Shown: positions 10,377-19,877 of the stretch, one piece after another
Layout of the letters: the number at the start of each line of letters is the position of its first letter
How positions within the stretch are numbered: position 1 is the stretch's first letter
Origin: a virus
Reading direction: 5' to 3' (one strand)
IMG/VR virus record: IMGVR_UViG_3300005541_000008
Location: 1-64,000 of that record
Length of the DNA: 64,000 nt
The notes under the pieces: model-generated
Seen by the model: the letters and a program-made list of their open reading frames with translations, nothing else
Told to the model about the DNA's origin: nothing
The model's database searches: none
Translations under genes and position numbers: made by a program

Positions 10377-11037
10377 ATCGCCTCCGTTTCCCGCTCGACA
10401 CGGTCATGAGATAGATCCACCCTAGGAAGAATAACGCCCCTAATCCTAAACCCGCCGTCGTCGCCGCCGTGTTCCCAATCCCGTCCCCTTGAATCGCTGG
10501 CCCCTCATCAATCAACGTGTCGCGCCTCACCGTCGCTCCCGGCGCCTCCCATCCGAAACCATACTCTAGCCTCACCGGATCGAACGACACCCACTTCCCA
10601 TCAATATTCACCATCCCATAGACATGCGTGAACTCCTTGTCCGCCCCATACCCCGCAATCCTTATCCCAGTGCGATAACCCAAACTCCGAAGGAGAGAGA
10701 GCCCCGTAACGGCATAGTCGTCGCAATCGAGACTCGGCTTTCTCCCCGCAGAGATAAGCTTAAGCACGAGGTTCGGGGTTTTGAAATACTCAAGCCCCCG
10801 GGGGTCGTTAGCGTATCTCGTGTTGCTTTGAAGAAAGTCGAAAATGGCCTTGGCCTCAGCGTAGTGATCGCGTGGTGGGACATTCTCGACCATATGTTCC
10901 GCCCAATCGCGGACGAACTGATCATTCGAGCCCTTCTTAATCGCATCAACCATGCGATTAACCGTGTTGATCGAAACGACCCGGTTACCGATCCCGAGCG
11001 CGTAGCGTTGAATCGGCACGACCGCGCCAACGTCCAT
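10369..11037 (-). CDS. Transglutaminase-like (Cys-His-Asp) protein, possible maturation protease, with C-terminal TM
   Basis: LDCDDYA, FTHVY, FDPV triad; RYANDPRGLE motif; this fold is common in tailless membrane-containing phages. Confidence 0.8.
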   Translation of the reverse strand: MDVGAVVPIQRYALGIGNRVVSINTVNRMVDAIKKGSNDQFVRDWAEHMVENVPPRDHYAEAKAIFDFLQSNTRYANDPRGLEYFKTPNLVLKLISAGRKPSLDCDDYAVTGLSLLRSLGYRTGIRIAGYGADKEFTHVYGMVNIDGKWVSFDPVRLEYGFGWEAPGATVRRDTLIDEGPAIQGDGIGNTAATTAGLGLGALFFLGWIYLMTVSSGKRRRYA

Positions 11038-11040
11038 ATT

Positions 11041-11724
11041 CTACGCCCCCAACGCGCCGCCGCCGTCGTCGTCCTCGGATAGTCCCGCGAGTCCCATCTC
11101 CAACGCTTCGAGAATCTCCTCTATGACAATCCTGAGCCTTACACCGTAGAGCCCAGAGATCTCCTCCGCCTTCTCTAAGAGCTCATCGGCGAGTTCGTGA
11201 CCGGACAGCCCTACTTCCTCGATATACTCCCCGTACAAATCGTCTTCGCCCTCAGGATTCTCTCTCCACCCTCGTCCGAACTGCCGCAATCGTCCCGCAC
11301 TCTTCACGTAGTGAAGCAAATCGTCAAACACGGCCTCGGGCGCTTGGCCGTAATCCATAGCCGCAGCCCGAGCCTCGTTGTCCATCCGATCGAGAATTCT
11401 ATGACTCAAGGAGTGAAGTGCGTCTGCGTAATCCCGCTCCCAGGCTTGGGAAGCGCGCCCTCTGAAGATAGCAGGGTTTTTGTGGTGGAGGATGGATTGG
11501 AGTTGGGTGCCGATAACGCACAGCCCTCGGCGGAAGTAGCCCTTGGGGCAGGCAGTAATCAGGCGAACGTCGGGGCGACCCGAAGGGCTTATTGTGCGGA
11601 AAGAGCCCTTAGCGAAGCGCCTCGGACTCTGTACTCTCTCGTGGACAAACTTAGAGCGGGAACTGTAAGGGTTTTCGTGATGCACGACTACGCCCCGTGT
11701 TGTAAAGGGCGAGCATAGTCGCAC
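11041..11724 (-). CDS. Hypothetical protein, basic-to-acidic modules separated by NP motifs
   Basis: HHENPY, HHKNPA, WRENPE delimit the segments. Confidence 0.55.
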   Translation of the reverse strand: MRLCSPFTTRGVVVHHENPYSSRSKFVHERVQSPRRFAKGSFRTISPSGRPDVRLITACPKGYFRRGLCVIGTQLQSILHHKNPAIFRGRASQAWERDYADALHSLSHRILDRMDNEARAAAMDYGQAPEAVFDDLLHYVKSAGRLRQFGRGWRENPEGEDDLYGEYIEEVGLSGHELADELLEKAEEISGLYGVRLRIVIEEILEALEMGLAGLSEDDDGGGALGA

Positions 11725-11748
11725 GATTTAGGTAGGGTGTAAACATTA

Positions 11749-12318
11749 TCAAGGCTCGTCTCTCTGAATAATCCTCAGCACAGCGTCTTTGGCCTTCCTT
11801 ACCACCTCGGGACAATGATGAAAAACAACCTCGGAATTATCCTGTCTCTGCGCCGTGCGCGACCAGTTCCAACTCCCAATAACCACGGTTTGCGTGTCCT
11901 CGATAACGAGCATTTTATTATGCTCTAGGACGCCCACAGGCTTCACGACAAGATCGACCCCCGCCTTGATCAAGAGGGCGTGGAGATCGGAGCGTCCTGC
12001 GGCTTGCTTCTTGTCCTCTCCGCCCTTCACAATCCGGATTAGGTCGTCAGCGAGGGCGTGATTTGAGATGCCATAAAGGGAGAAAAAGATTGGCCCTCGG
12101 GAATTACTCAACTCTTGGTGAATTACGTCCTCAATATCCTCGTAAGGCGAAAAATACACGTCGAAGGTGCACGTAGGAGGCGGTCCGATTATCGTCAGCG
12201 CCCCCGTAGCTTGCCCCCCGATGCTCGGCGCTGCGGGTTGTGCGTCGGAAGAATGAAGCCCTGCAAAGAACCTCACCAAAACCACCGCGGTTGCGACCGC
12301 TGCCCAAAATCGTCGCAT
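11749..12318 (-). CDS. Phospholipase D-family (single HKD) nuclease/phospholipase with signal peptide
   Basis: HNKMLVIED...GSWNWS...DNSE and VYFSP; hydrophobic N-terminus. Confidence 0.85.
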   Translation of the reverse strand: MRRFWAAVATAVVLVRFFAGLHSSDAQPAAPSIGGQATGALTIIGPPPTCTFDVYFSPYEDIEDVIHQELSNSRGPIFFSLYGISNHALADDLIRIVKGGEDKKQAAGRSDLHALLIKAGVDLVVKPVGVLEHNKMLVIEDTQTVVIGSWNWSRTAQRQDNSEVVFHHCPEVVRKAKDAVLRIIQRDEP

Positions 12319-12521
12319 TAATGCACTTCCTCCTTCGTCTTGAGCGTGAAAGGTCCGCGCCTCGTTACGGCAAAGAGTTCTAACTCCCGCTTCTCGGCGA
12401 TAATCATTATTTCGTTGCCCCTAAGAAGTGGGTAGCCATTCTCTCTACTCACATCAACCCCGCCAATCCACACATCCCGCTTATACGGACCTAACGTTAT
12501 CTTCCGCTTTCCGCACGCCAT
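12318..12521 (-). CDS. Small protein resembling the C-terminal part of the penton-like protein
   Basis: VWIGGVDVSRENGYPLLRG...LFAVT vs VFLGNGGVTTTSGFPLLEG...LFGVS. Confidence 0.5.
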   Translation of the reverse strand: MACGKRKITLGPYKRDVWIGGVDVSRENGYPLLRGNEIMIIAEKRELELFAVTRRGPFTLKTKEEVH

Positions 12522-13305
12522 CCGTCGCCGTCCTCGCTTCCTCCCACGCCTTCACAACTCTTTCATCGACAGGCTGCCGCAAAAACACATAAACCTGGCA
12601 CTTACACCGCGTGCAGCTCATTCTCAGCTTAAGGCGATCCGCGGCCACAAAGGGAATTAGCATGTTATGGCAATTAAGACACCTTACCTCCCCACCTTCG
12701 CTCAACTCTTTGGTCCTAAAGAAGTTTCGGCCGCCCACGTGCTCCCCTTAACGTCTTTTCGACAGCACCCTTCACGCCCTCGAGGATCTGCGACACGAAC
12801 GCTGTCGCTGTGCCCTCAAGGTCTTTCGCAAGCAACTCGGCTTCGTCGACCGCCGCACTTCTCACCGTCTCGACGATTCGCTCCGCCGCGCGACGCACCT
12901 TCCTCTCGACACTCGCACTCGTTGTTGGGGGCTTAAACCTTCTCGTCGTCATCGCCCTACCGGCTGCACCTCGAGTCCCGCGCGCTTCGCAATCCACTGG
13001 AGCACTTTCGACGTGTACTCAAGACTCGGGAGGAGGTTCTTCTCGAGTACCTCCGCCACCTGGGGGTCCGGGTTGTACTCGAGTTCAGAGTGAAGCTTCC
13101 CCACAAGCTCCTGAAGATCGCCGAGCTTCACAAACGTCGCGCTTAGCGTCTGTACGTAGCCCTGAGTTACCATCACCTGCGCTCCTTCTCCTTCTTCTCT
13201 CGCTCTTCCTTCTCACGGGACTCGTGGATTTTCTTGTTCAAGCCCTTAATCCCCCGCTCCCATTCCTCTTTCGAAATTCCCATATCTACCCACGGCTCTG
13301 CCATT

Positions 13306-13878
13306 TTACACTGGCCTCCTTGCAAATCCCGTCGCCTTAAATTGCACTTCCCAAGGCCCTGTTTGTAGCTTCGCAGAATGCGGCCACTTCACGACGAACG
13401 AAAACTTCTCGTGGGGGTTGAAAGTGAGCCTGATCCCGAGCTTTCTCCCGTTCTTGTGAATGCACACATAATTCGCGGTGAGCAGGAGTGCCATGAGGGC
13501 ATAATCACCACCCGGGAAGAGATCAGTCAAGGGCCAAGGACCGTACTCCTTGTCGCCTGCGTAGATAGAGGCGTGACCTCCCCCAACCAGCGCAGCAATA
13601 TCCGGCACGAGCAAGGCCCTGATAGGGTTTAGGCCCCTGTAAAGATAAACAACCCGAAGATCGTACACCTGGAGTAGCTTCGTTCCGAGCACTCCACACG
13701 TTATGTTCCGTCGCGAGAGATCTTCCTCCCCCGACGCGCCAAACACGAGCTCCTTCGTCTTCCCTGACACGAAAGGGAGCGTGTCGTAGAGGGTGTAGTC
13801 GACGTCCTCGGGAACAGATAACACCCGGGTCGTCCTTCGAAGCTCTGCCGTAACCGTCTCTACAACCCCAGATTCCAC
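13306..13878 (-). CDS. Divergent paralog of the putative major capsid protein
   Basis: DYTLYDT, LTFNPHEKFSFVV, ATGFARRPV correspond to WQPLYDR, ITLNPYENFSVV, LQGFMRRPT. Confidence 0.65.
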   Translation of the reverse strand: MESGVVETVTAELRRTTRVLSVPEDVDYTLYDTLPFVSGKTKELVFGASGEEDLSRRNITCGVLGTKLLQVYDLRVVYLYRGLNPIRALLVPDIAALVGGGHASIYAGDKEYGPWPLTDLFPGGDYALMALLLTANYVCIHKNGRKLGIRLTFNPHEKFSFVVKWPHSAKLQTGPWEVQFKATGFARRPV

Positions 13879-13988
13879 TTCACATCACCTCTACCGCACA
13901 GGACAAAACTTCACATTACCCTTACCGTACAGCGCCGCACCGTACCTCACCAATACTTTACGATACCATACCGACGCGCCACAAGACT
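13875..13988 (-). repeat. Orphan NGYNN/NGGYNN array filling the 5' UTR of the capsid paralog
   Basis: Reverse complement parses exactly into 18 pentamers and 4 hexamers (114 nt): agtct tgtgg cgcgt cggtat ggtat cgtaa agtat tggtga ggtac ggtgc ggcgc tgtac ggtaa gggtaa tgtga agttt tgtcc tgtgc ggtag aggtga tgtga agtgg. Confidence 0.85.
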
Positions 13989-14721
13989 AAGCTTCACGTA
14001 CGCCACCCTAAGCCCTTGGGCACCTCGAACTCATTAATTACCTCAACACCCCCGTCTTCGGTGTCCCTCTCAATTCTCACCTCTGCCGAGAGCCGAATCC
14101 GCCTAAAATCCCGACCTTCTATCGCCGCCCGATAAAACATGTCCGTGGTTCGGTGTGCTTCTTCAATCTCCGCAGCCCCTAGCAATGAACGCCCGTAGAA
14201 GACATGCGTCACTACCTCTTCCCTTTTGCGTTCCTCGCCTTCGAAGATATCCACAATAATCTTATACATAACGCAGCGCCCTGTGTTAAGTGAAGGAGCG
14301 ACCGAATCCGAGCCACCAGCTCCGGTCGCCCCCTCTCTGTCCACTTCACGCTCCCCCAACAGGGCGTAAAGGGACCCCGGCTACTACGAAGACACCCAAA
14401 TCTCCTCGAACGTGACTAATGCGCCCTGCTTAAGCTCAGCAGCGAGACCGTAGGTCTCGTAGAGACGGAGCTCTAGAGCGCACTTCCACCCCGGAGGCCG
14501 ACGCTCGCCCACATCAACCGTATACGGGATGCCCACCATTCCGACTTCTACCTGCTCCGAGTGAGGGAGATCCTCAAAACACGTATAGCACATAAAGGCG
14601 TTGCGCTTAACATTCACGCCCATATACCGCGTCGTACCGCAATACCCGCAGCGAGCGAGGAAGAAAGCCCACCGCTCCACCTCGGTCTTGAGATCGAGAT
14701 TCTGCAGAGATGGATCCACAC

Positions 14722-15315
14722 TCACACCTTATTCGCGCGAAGCGTCACGCGCAACTCATCCACAACATTAATATAATGATCGAGCGCAAATTCCTTGTGC
14801 TCTTGTGGGAGCCCTTCAAAATCCGGATGGAAGATGAGCTCTGACTTCTCGAGTGTGAAGTCTGCCTTGATCGGGTAGTGGTCAACGCCAAGCCCTAAAC
14901 GCCCCCGTGAGGAGAAGTAGTGGAAGAACGGCACACAAAGACCGCGTTTGTGCGTCGGGTCTTGATGCGTACCCACCGAACTCCAGTAAGGTCCGATGAC
15001 GGAGACCTCCGCGAACGGCGCACACACCCTCCACAACTCGTCCATGAAGCCGATCGGCTCGGGCACGTGCTCGAGGAAGTGCCTAACCACGACCTCACTG
15101 TACGTGTTGTCCTCCAAGCCCTTCCAAGGGTACTCGAAGAGGTTGAGCTCGAGGTCGCACTTCACGCGGCTGTCAAAATCGACATTCACCCAATCCTTTC
15201 GGTAATCGTGGCCGCAACCCAAGTTCAGCTTCTTAAACGTGTTTAGGGTCGCGGTCGATTTCCACGACGCACTATGCTCGACAAGCTCCTCTCCCCGTTC
15301 TTTTGTCTCCATCAC
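14722..15315 (-). CDS. Class I SAM-dependent methyltransferase
   Basis: KLNLGCG, NVD, HFLEHV, DPTH motifs. Confidence 0.85.
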   Translation of the reverse strand: MMETKERGEELVEHSASWKSTATLNTFKKLNLGCGHDYRKDWVNVDFDSRVKCDLELNLFEYPWKGLEDNTYSEVVVRHFLEHVPEPIGFMDELWRVCAPFAEVSVIGPYWSSVGTHQDPTHKRGLCVPFFHYFSSRGRLGLGVDHYPIKADFTLEKSELIFHPDFEGLPQEHKEFALDHYINVVDELRVTLRANKV

Positions 15316-15962
15316 CGCACCTTTCGTAAGTACCCAGAAGGATTAAAAGTGAGTAAGAACTTATGACACGTCTCGTCGACCTCAAACGCCGCACCTTCCT
15401 CTAAGGAGAGAAACTCCTTAACCGCTTCCATGGGTCCCGGACCCGCGCCCGGCCTTATAGGATGGCCGTTGAGATTCGTGTCTTCAACAATGAGATACGA
15501 GCCTGTAGTAACTAGGGGCGCGTACATCACCATTTCATCGAGCACGTGGTGCGCGTTGTGATCGCTATCAAGCACCACCATAACCGGCGACTTGCCCGCG
15601 ACGAGATTTTCGATAGCGTTCTGCGTAGCGATCTCCGTGCTGCTCCCGACAAGCTGCACAATCTCGGGCGTTCGCAACTCGTGACGCTGCTCGAGGTCCA
15701 CGGTAACCACAAGAGGACTCTCAATCCTCGAAAGCAACATACACCCGAGCATCCAGGCCGCAGAACCCCCAACATACGTACCCGTCTCGACAACCGCCTG
15801 GGGCCGGACCTTCGAAATAAGCTCCTGATAAAGCCAGAGATCCGTGGGCGCTTTCTTCACGGGGATGCCTAGAAAGAAAGTCCGGTTCTCCCAAACCTCG
15901 CTCTCGTGGTAGAGGCGGTTGAACTCGCGAATCGTGTCGAGTGCGTTCTCTGTTTCCTGCAT
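15312..15962 (-). CDS. CmcI / rhamnosyl O-methyltransferase family protein
   Basis: KAPTDLWLYQE, VETGTYVGGS, VLDSDH, GSYLIVEDT, TFNPSGYL. Confidence 0.9.
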   Translation of the reverse strand: MQETENALDTIREFNRLYHESEVWENRTFFLGIPVKKAPTDLWLYQELISKVRPQAVVETGTYVGGSAAWMLGCMLLSRIESPLVVTVDLEQRHELRTPEIVQLVGSSTEIATQNAIENLVAGKSPVMVVLDSDHNAHHVLDEMVMYAPLVTTGSYLIVEDTNLNGHPIRPGAGPGPMEAVKEFLSLEEGAAFEVDETCHKFLLTFNPSGYLRKVR

Positions 15963-17084
15963 CTAAAACACCCTACCGGTCACGTAATCGAAATGCCCTA
16001 TCGTAACCCGTGTGTCAACTCTCGGCTTAACTCCCGTCTCCTCCGCGCACTTTTGCCAGAACCACGCGTCCTCTGTATGTACTAAGTACTGTCTTGGTGC
16101 GACAAGTTCATGCCCTGTCTTAAACCTCGGCTTCGAAATCTTCTTAAACAACTCCGAGCGGAAAAGACAGTAATCGAGTCCCGTGCCATCGCACTCGACC
16201 AGGTCGCCGTGCTTAAAATCCCTTCCCGGTCTCAGGAGGCCGATATGCCCTGTCTTCCACATTAAGGGTTGCGGGTAGGGCATCTTCATGTGGTAGAGTC
16301 CCGCGGCTGTTTCGAGCTTGTGATCGAGAAGGGTGTCGAAGAGCATAGGCATACCCACGGGAGGCGAAAGCATATCATCGCCGAGGAAGACGAAGTAGGA
16401 AGGAAGGGGGTCGAGGGAAAGGAGGTGGTCAATACACCGTTCGCGGGCTTCTGCAACCTCGAGGCCCTTAACAATCGCCATCTCCCTTATCGACGCGACA
16501 GGAAACGCCATTTGGAAAAAGTGGAGGATAAACGCGAGCGACACATAACCCAAAGTCGGGACGGCAACTACAATTGTATGCTCCGGGTTTGTAGGAGGCT
16601 TCAGCCCTGATAACGGAGGCGGTTCTTCTTCCCCTTCCGCGTCTAAGTCGAGCCAGGAGACTTCTTTGAGCGCGGCGGTAAGTTTGCCGTCTTTGAAGGG
16701 GAGGTCTTTGAGCATCCCGGGACGGACGATAAGCGCCTTGTGATCGGGACTCACAACACCCACGACATCATCGGGCTCCTTCATCCACCTCTCCCAAATC
16801 CCGAAGGCAATATGCTTCGGTGCCTCGAGAAGAAACACTGCGTCCGGCGCTTTCGGCAACACCCGCGTGTATTGGATCGCATTATTCACGGAGCCCCCAA
16901 AGTCTGGGTGAGTAACCCCCCAAATCCCGCGCTCTACATTCGGCGGGAAGCCTATACTCAACACCTCACCCGCCCATTCAATCGGTAGGAGTTTCGCGGT
17001 TGCAATAAGGGCGAGCATGAGCGAAGGACGTTTGTAAGTGCCCTGTGCGACGATCTTGAACGCGTCCCGTGTTAGGGTTGCCAC
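15963..17084 (-). CDS. GT-A fold glycosyltransferase-like protein
   Basis: VAVPTLG, VAEARE, FLGDDM, GTGLDYCLF, TEDAWF, VDTRVTIGH. Confidence 0.7.
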   Translation of the reverse strand: MATLTRDAFKIVAQGTYKRPSLMLALIATAKLLPIEWAGEVLSIGFPPNVERGIWGVTHPDFGGSVNNAIQYTRVLPKAPDAVFLLEAPKHIAFGIWERWMKEPDDVVGVVSPDHKALIVRPGMLKDLPFKDGKLTAALKEVSWLDLDAEGEEEPPPLSGLKPPTNPEHTIVVAVPTLGYVSLAFILHFFQMAFPVASIREMAIVKGLEVAEARERCIDHLLSLDPLPSYFVFLGDDMLSPPVGMPMLFDTLLDHKLETAAGLYHMKMPYPQPLMWKTGHIGLLRPGRDFKHGDLVECDGTGLDYCLFRSELFKKISKPRFKTGHELVAPRQYLVHTEDAWFWQKCAEETGVKPRVDTRVTIGHFDYVTGRVF

Positions 17085-17450
17085 TATTGAATCCTCGCCG
17101 TTTCGTGCTTAAGATATTGATTCACATACCCCATGTACGCTTTGTACAAATCCCCTGACTCTACCCATCCATAAGCGATAACCTTATCCTTACGCACAAA
17201 GAGGGGGTCGACATAGAGGATACTGAAGAGAGGGCTCCCGACGGGCAAAAACGTCACCTGCTCTGCCCGCGCTCCTCGTACAGCTCCCGTTTGGGGCACC
17301 AAATCCGTGATCATGGTGTTTGTGGCCGCGTCGCGCAACTCAAAACACTCTGGGTCAGACGACGGGTCAGCTTCCTTCCCCACGATGAGCTCGTTTTGCC
17401 CTATCATAAGCACTATTACCCTTCCCTCCATGCCGATCCCCTCTCGTGGC

Positions 17451-17714
17451 TTACTGGATGATTGAGTGGAAGAACTGTGTCACGAGCGTCCAGGTCTCCG
17501 TGTTGCTGCCCCTGTTAAACAGGGTGACGGAGTTCGAGTCCCATTGCGCCGTTAAATACGCGGCGGGGACGTTTGTCGCGATCGTTGCGGCGGAATATGT
17601 TGCAATCCCCCAAACGATATGCGGCAGACGCCCTAGGCCGTGCGCGAAGGTTGTCGAACCGGAAGACGCTAACGACACAGTCCTCGTGTCGATAAAGGTT
17701 CCCAGTAACGTCAC
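17451..17714 (-). CDS. Small beta-sandwich protein (fibre/lectin-like)
   Basis: TFAHGLGRLP motif, all-beta pattern. Confidence 0.5.
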   Translation of the reverse strand: MTLLGTFIDTRTVSLASSGSTTFAHGLGRLPHIVWGIATYSAATIATNVPAAYLTAQWDSNSVTLFNRGSNTETWTLVTQFFHSIIQ

Positions 17715-17765
17715 GGGTCCTACCTCCTATACGGTATCGGAGGCGCACACATCCCGGCGCACAAT

Positions 17766-19493
17766 TCACGGCACCCTCTCGAGTAGTTGGCCATCATCCG
17801 CGCAGTGCGGATTCTCGGCAAGTTCTCCCTCGGAGCGAAACGTCCAATCCGTTCCACACTGAGAGCAACGAGCCATGATGAGGTTTTGCTGCTGCTCAGC
17901 TGCCCAACCCAAAAACCCCTTAAAATAGGCTTTCGCGGTAGCAGTCCCGAAGAAGTTCCCGCCCCACCGTTGCACAGTTCCCAGCACATCGTCCGGCGGA
18001 ATTTGCCCGGCGAGAATTTGCTCGAACTGTTCAGGGGTCGTTATTCTCGCGAGAAGTTCTTCGAGTTGTGGATAAAAAGCCCGGTCGTTCGCTTCTGCTG
18101 CGTTGCGTATTGCCTGAAACACGGGTAGCATTGCTTCTTCCTTTACTACCTCTGCTTGCATAACGGGTTCAGCCCCCGGTTCGGTGACTGGAATGTGCTC
18201 AACAACCGGCGCCGGAGGAGGCGGCGGAGGTGGTGCGGTTGCTTCGGGCCCGAGCGGTTCTTGCGCTTCAACCGGAGACGTCTCGGAGAGAGGAGACGGT
18301 GATGGAGACGTCTCGGCGGGTAGTGGAGGTGGTGTGAAGGAAGGAGGGAAGCCTTCCATCGGTGCTCGAGGAGGCGGCTGGACTGTCGCTCGAGGAGGTT
18401 GCTGCGCCTGAGGTGGCGGAACCGCAGCTCCCGACTTGTACGCAACAATCGCCGAAACCATCCTCGCAGTATCCCCCCAAATTTTCCCCGCTTGCGGAGC
18501 GAGTGCCCTTATAAGTTCTATCGCAGGAGAGACCGGCTCCCCTCCTCCGCCTCCGCCTCCACTCTCGTGTATTAAGGGAGCGAGGGTCGTGATGAGGGTA
18601 ATCATGCGATCCGTGTTATCGGGCTGCGGTGCGCTCGGAGGAGGTGTGAAGAGCTCCTTGAGGCGAATCGCCATCTCGATAGGGTCGACAGCAGGTGTTG
18701 TGTCCCGCGGCGCTGGAGGCGCCATCGTTTTGAGGAGGCCCCCAACCCTCTCGAGGACGGCAAGAGGATCGGGGGCTGCGGGCGGTGGTGCTGGTGCTGG
18801 GGTTAACTCTTTAATCGCTTTTGCGAGCTCGACGATTGAGGGTTGCGGGGCTTGCGCAACGGGGGTTGTGGTGGGTGCCGCAGAATCTCGTCCCGTCTTA
18901 TAAATCTCGGCAACCGCTTTGAAAACCGGTGTTATGTCGGGCGTCGGAGGTGTTGCGGGCGCAGGAGGAGGTTGCATGGACTTCACAATCTCAACGGCCT
19001 TAAGAAGGAGAGCAGTCGGATCGCTTTGCGGCGCGTTACCGTTCTGGGGGTGTGTGGCGGTGACCGCAGGAGGCGGCGGCACACTGAGCGTTATGCGCTG
19101 CGCCGCAATAATTCCCGGCGTGTTTTGCTTGATGAGCTTTGCTTCGTAGATGCCGTCTGTCCACCCCCGTGCGATCGCTGCCTTGAGAACCTCGCTCTCG
19201 ATATCCTTAAGCAGCTCGGGTTGTTCGAAGTCGAGGAGGAAGACGGGGTTGTTGCCGTACTCCTTAGGCACCGGGAAGCGCTTGTAGAGCTTTATGTAAT
19301 AGCCCTCGCCCGCCGGAATGTGCGAAAAGAGATTCGCAACAGTTTCGCCCTCTGGAGGTGCTGACGGAACGAGGATTTCGTCAGGTGGACGCTCGGGCAG
19401 CGAGCCGTCGGATTTGTCGCGGTCCGCATCCCTCACCCGATCACGTCCCATCGAGACGATTGCGTCGTCTACCGTAGCGCGCGGCTTGGCCAT
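17766..19493 (-). CDS. Large Pro-rich protein with C-terminal Zn ribbon; first gene of the late operon
   Basis: Repeated Pro-linker/short-helix units; CSQC...HCADDG at the C-terminus. Confidence 0.7.
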   Translation of the reverse strand: MAKPRATVDDAIVSMGRDRVRDADRDKSDGSLPERPPDEILVPSAPPEGETVANLFSHIPAGEGYYIKLYKRFPVPKEYGNNPVFLLDFEQPELLKDIESEVLKAAIARGWTDGIYEAKLIKQNTPGIIAAQRITLSVPPPPAVTATHPQNGNAPQSDPTALLLKAVEIVKSMQPPPAPATPPTPDITPVFKAVAEIYKTGRDSAAPTTTPVAQAPQPSIVELAKAIKELTPAPAPPPAAPDPLAVLERVGGLLKTMAPPAPRDTTPAVDPIEMAIRLKELFTPPPSAPQPDNTDRMITLITTLAPLIHESGGGGGGGEPVSPAIELIRALAPQAGKIWGDTARMVSAIVAYKSGAAVPPPQAQQPPRATVQPPPRAPMEGFPPSFTPPPLPAETSPSPSPLSETSPVEAQEPLGPEATAPPPPPPPAPVVEHIPVTEPGAEPVMQAEVVKEEAMLPVFQAIRNAAEANDRAFYPQLEELLARITTPEQFEQILAGQIPPDDVLGTVQRWGGNFFGTATAKAYFKGFLGWAAEQQQNLIMARCSQCGTDWTFRSEGELAENPHCADDGQLLERVP

Positions 19494-19512
19494 ATTGAGA
19501 ATTCCCGGGTTG

Positions 19513-19716
19513 TGTGCCGTGTTGCGGTGCGGTGCGGTGCTCTGCGCGTGGCTCGTGGCTCGGTAGGTGCGGTGATGTATTGCAACGCTGCCGCGCTGTA
19601 TACTGCCATATGCAACGTGGCAGCGTTGCGTGTGCAGTGCCTTCTAGCGCCCGCTACGGCTTTCCGACTCCGGAGTGCGTAGCGTTGCTTTGCGCCACAG
19701 GGCGCGGTGCAGCGCC
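19513..19716 (+). repeat. Degenerate NGYNN pentamer tract with embedded hairpin
   Basis: tgtgc cgtgt tgcgg tgcgg tgcgg tgctc tgcgc (19513-19547); ggtgc ggtga tgtat tgcaa cgctg (19566-19590); further short runs; stem gcaacgctgcc/ggcagcgttgc. Confidence 0.5.
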
Positions 19717-19877
19717 TTGAGGCAGATAGCGCGAGGTTGTGTAGGGCCTCTGCTATCTTGAAGTCAATTTTAACACAGAAAATTTGAATAGGCAACTCGG
19801 AATTTTGAGTTTTGAGCTCTTTTTTCTTTGAGGCCTTGAGTTATGCTCGTTATCCCCTGTTATGCTCCTTGCTTTGA

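Noticed and set aside
147-19364. Plus-strand ORFs over the structural operon (and minus-strand ORFs over the early region)
   Set aside because: Antisense shadows of well-supported, tightly coupled genes in GC-rich DNA; no motifs seen.
17766-19493. Pro-rich repeats as a DNA repeat element
   Set aside because: The repetition is at the protein level within one long coherent ORF.
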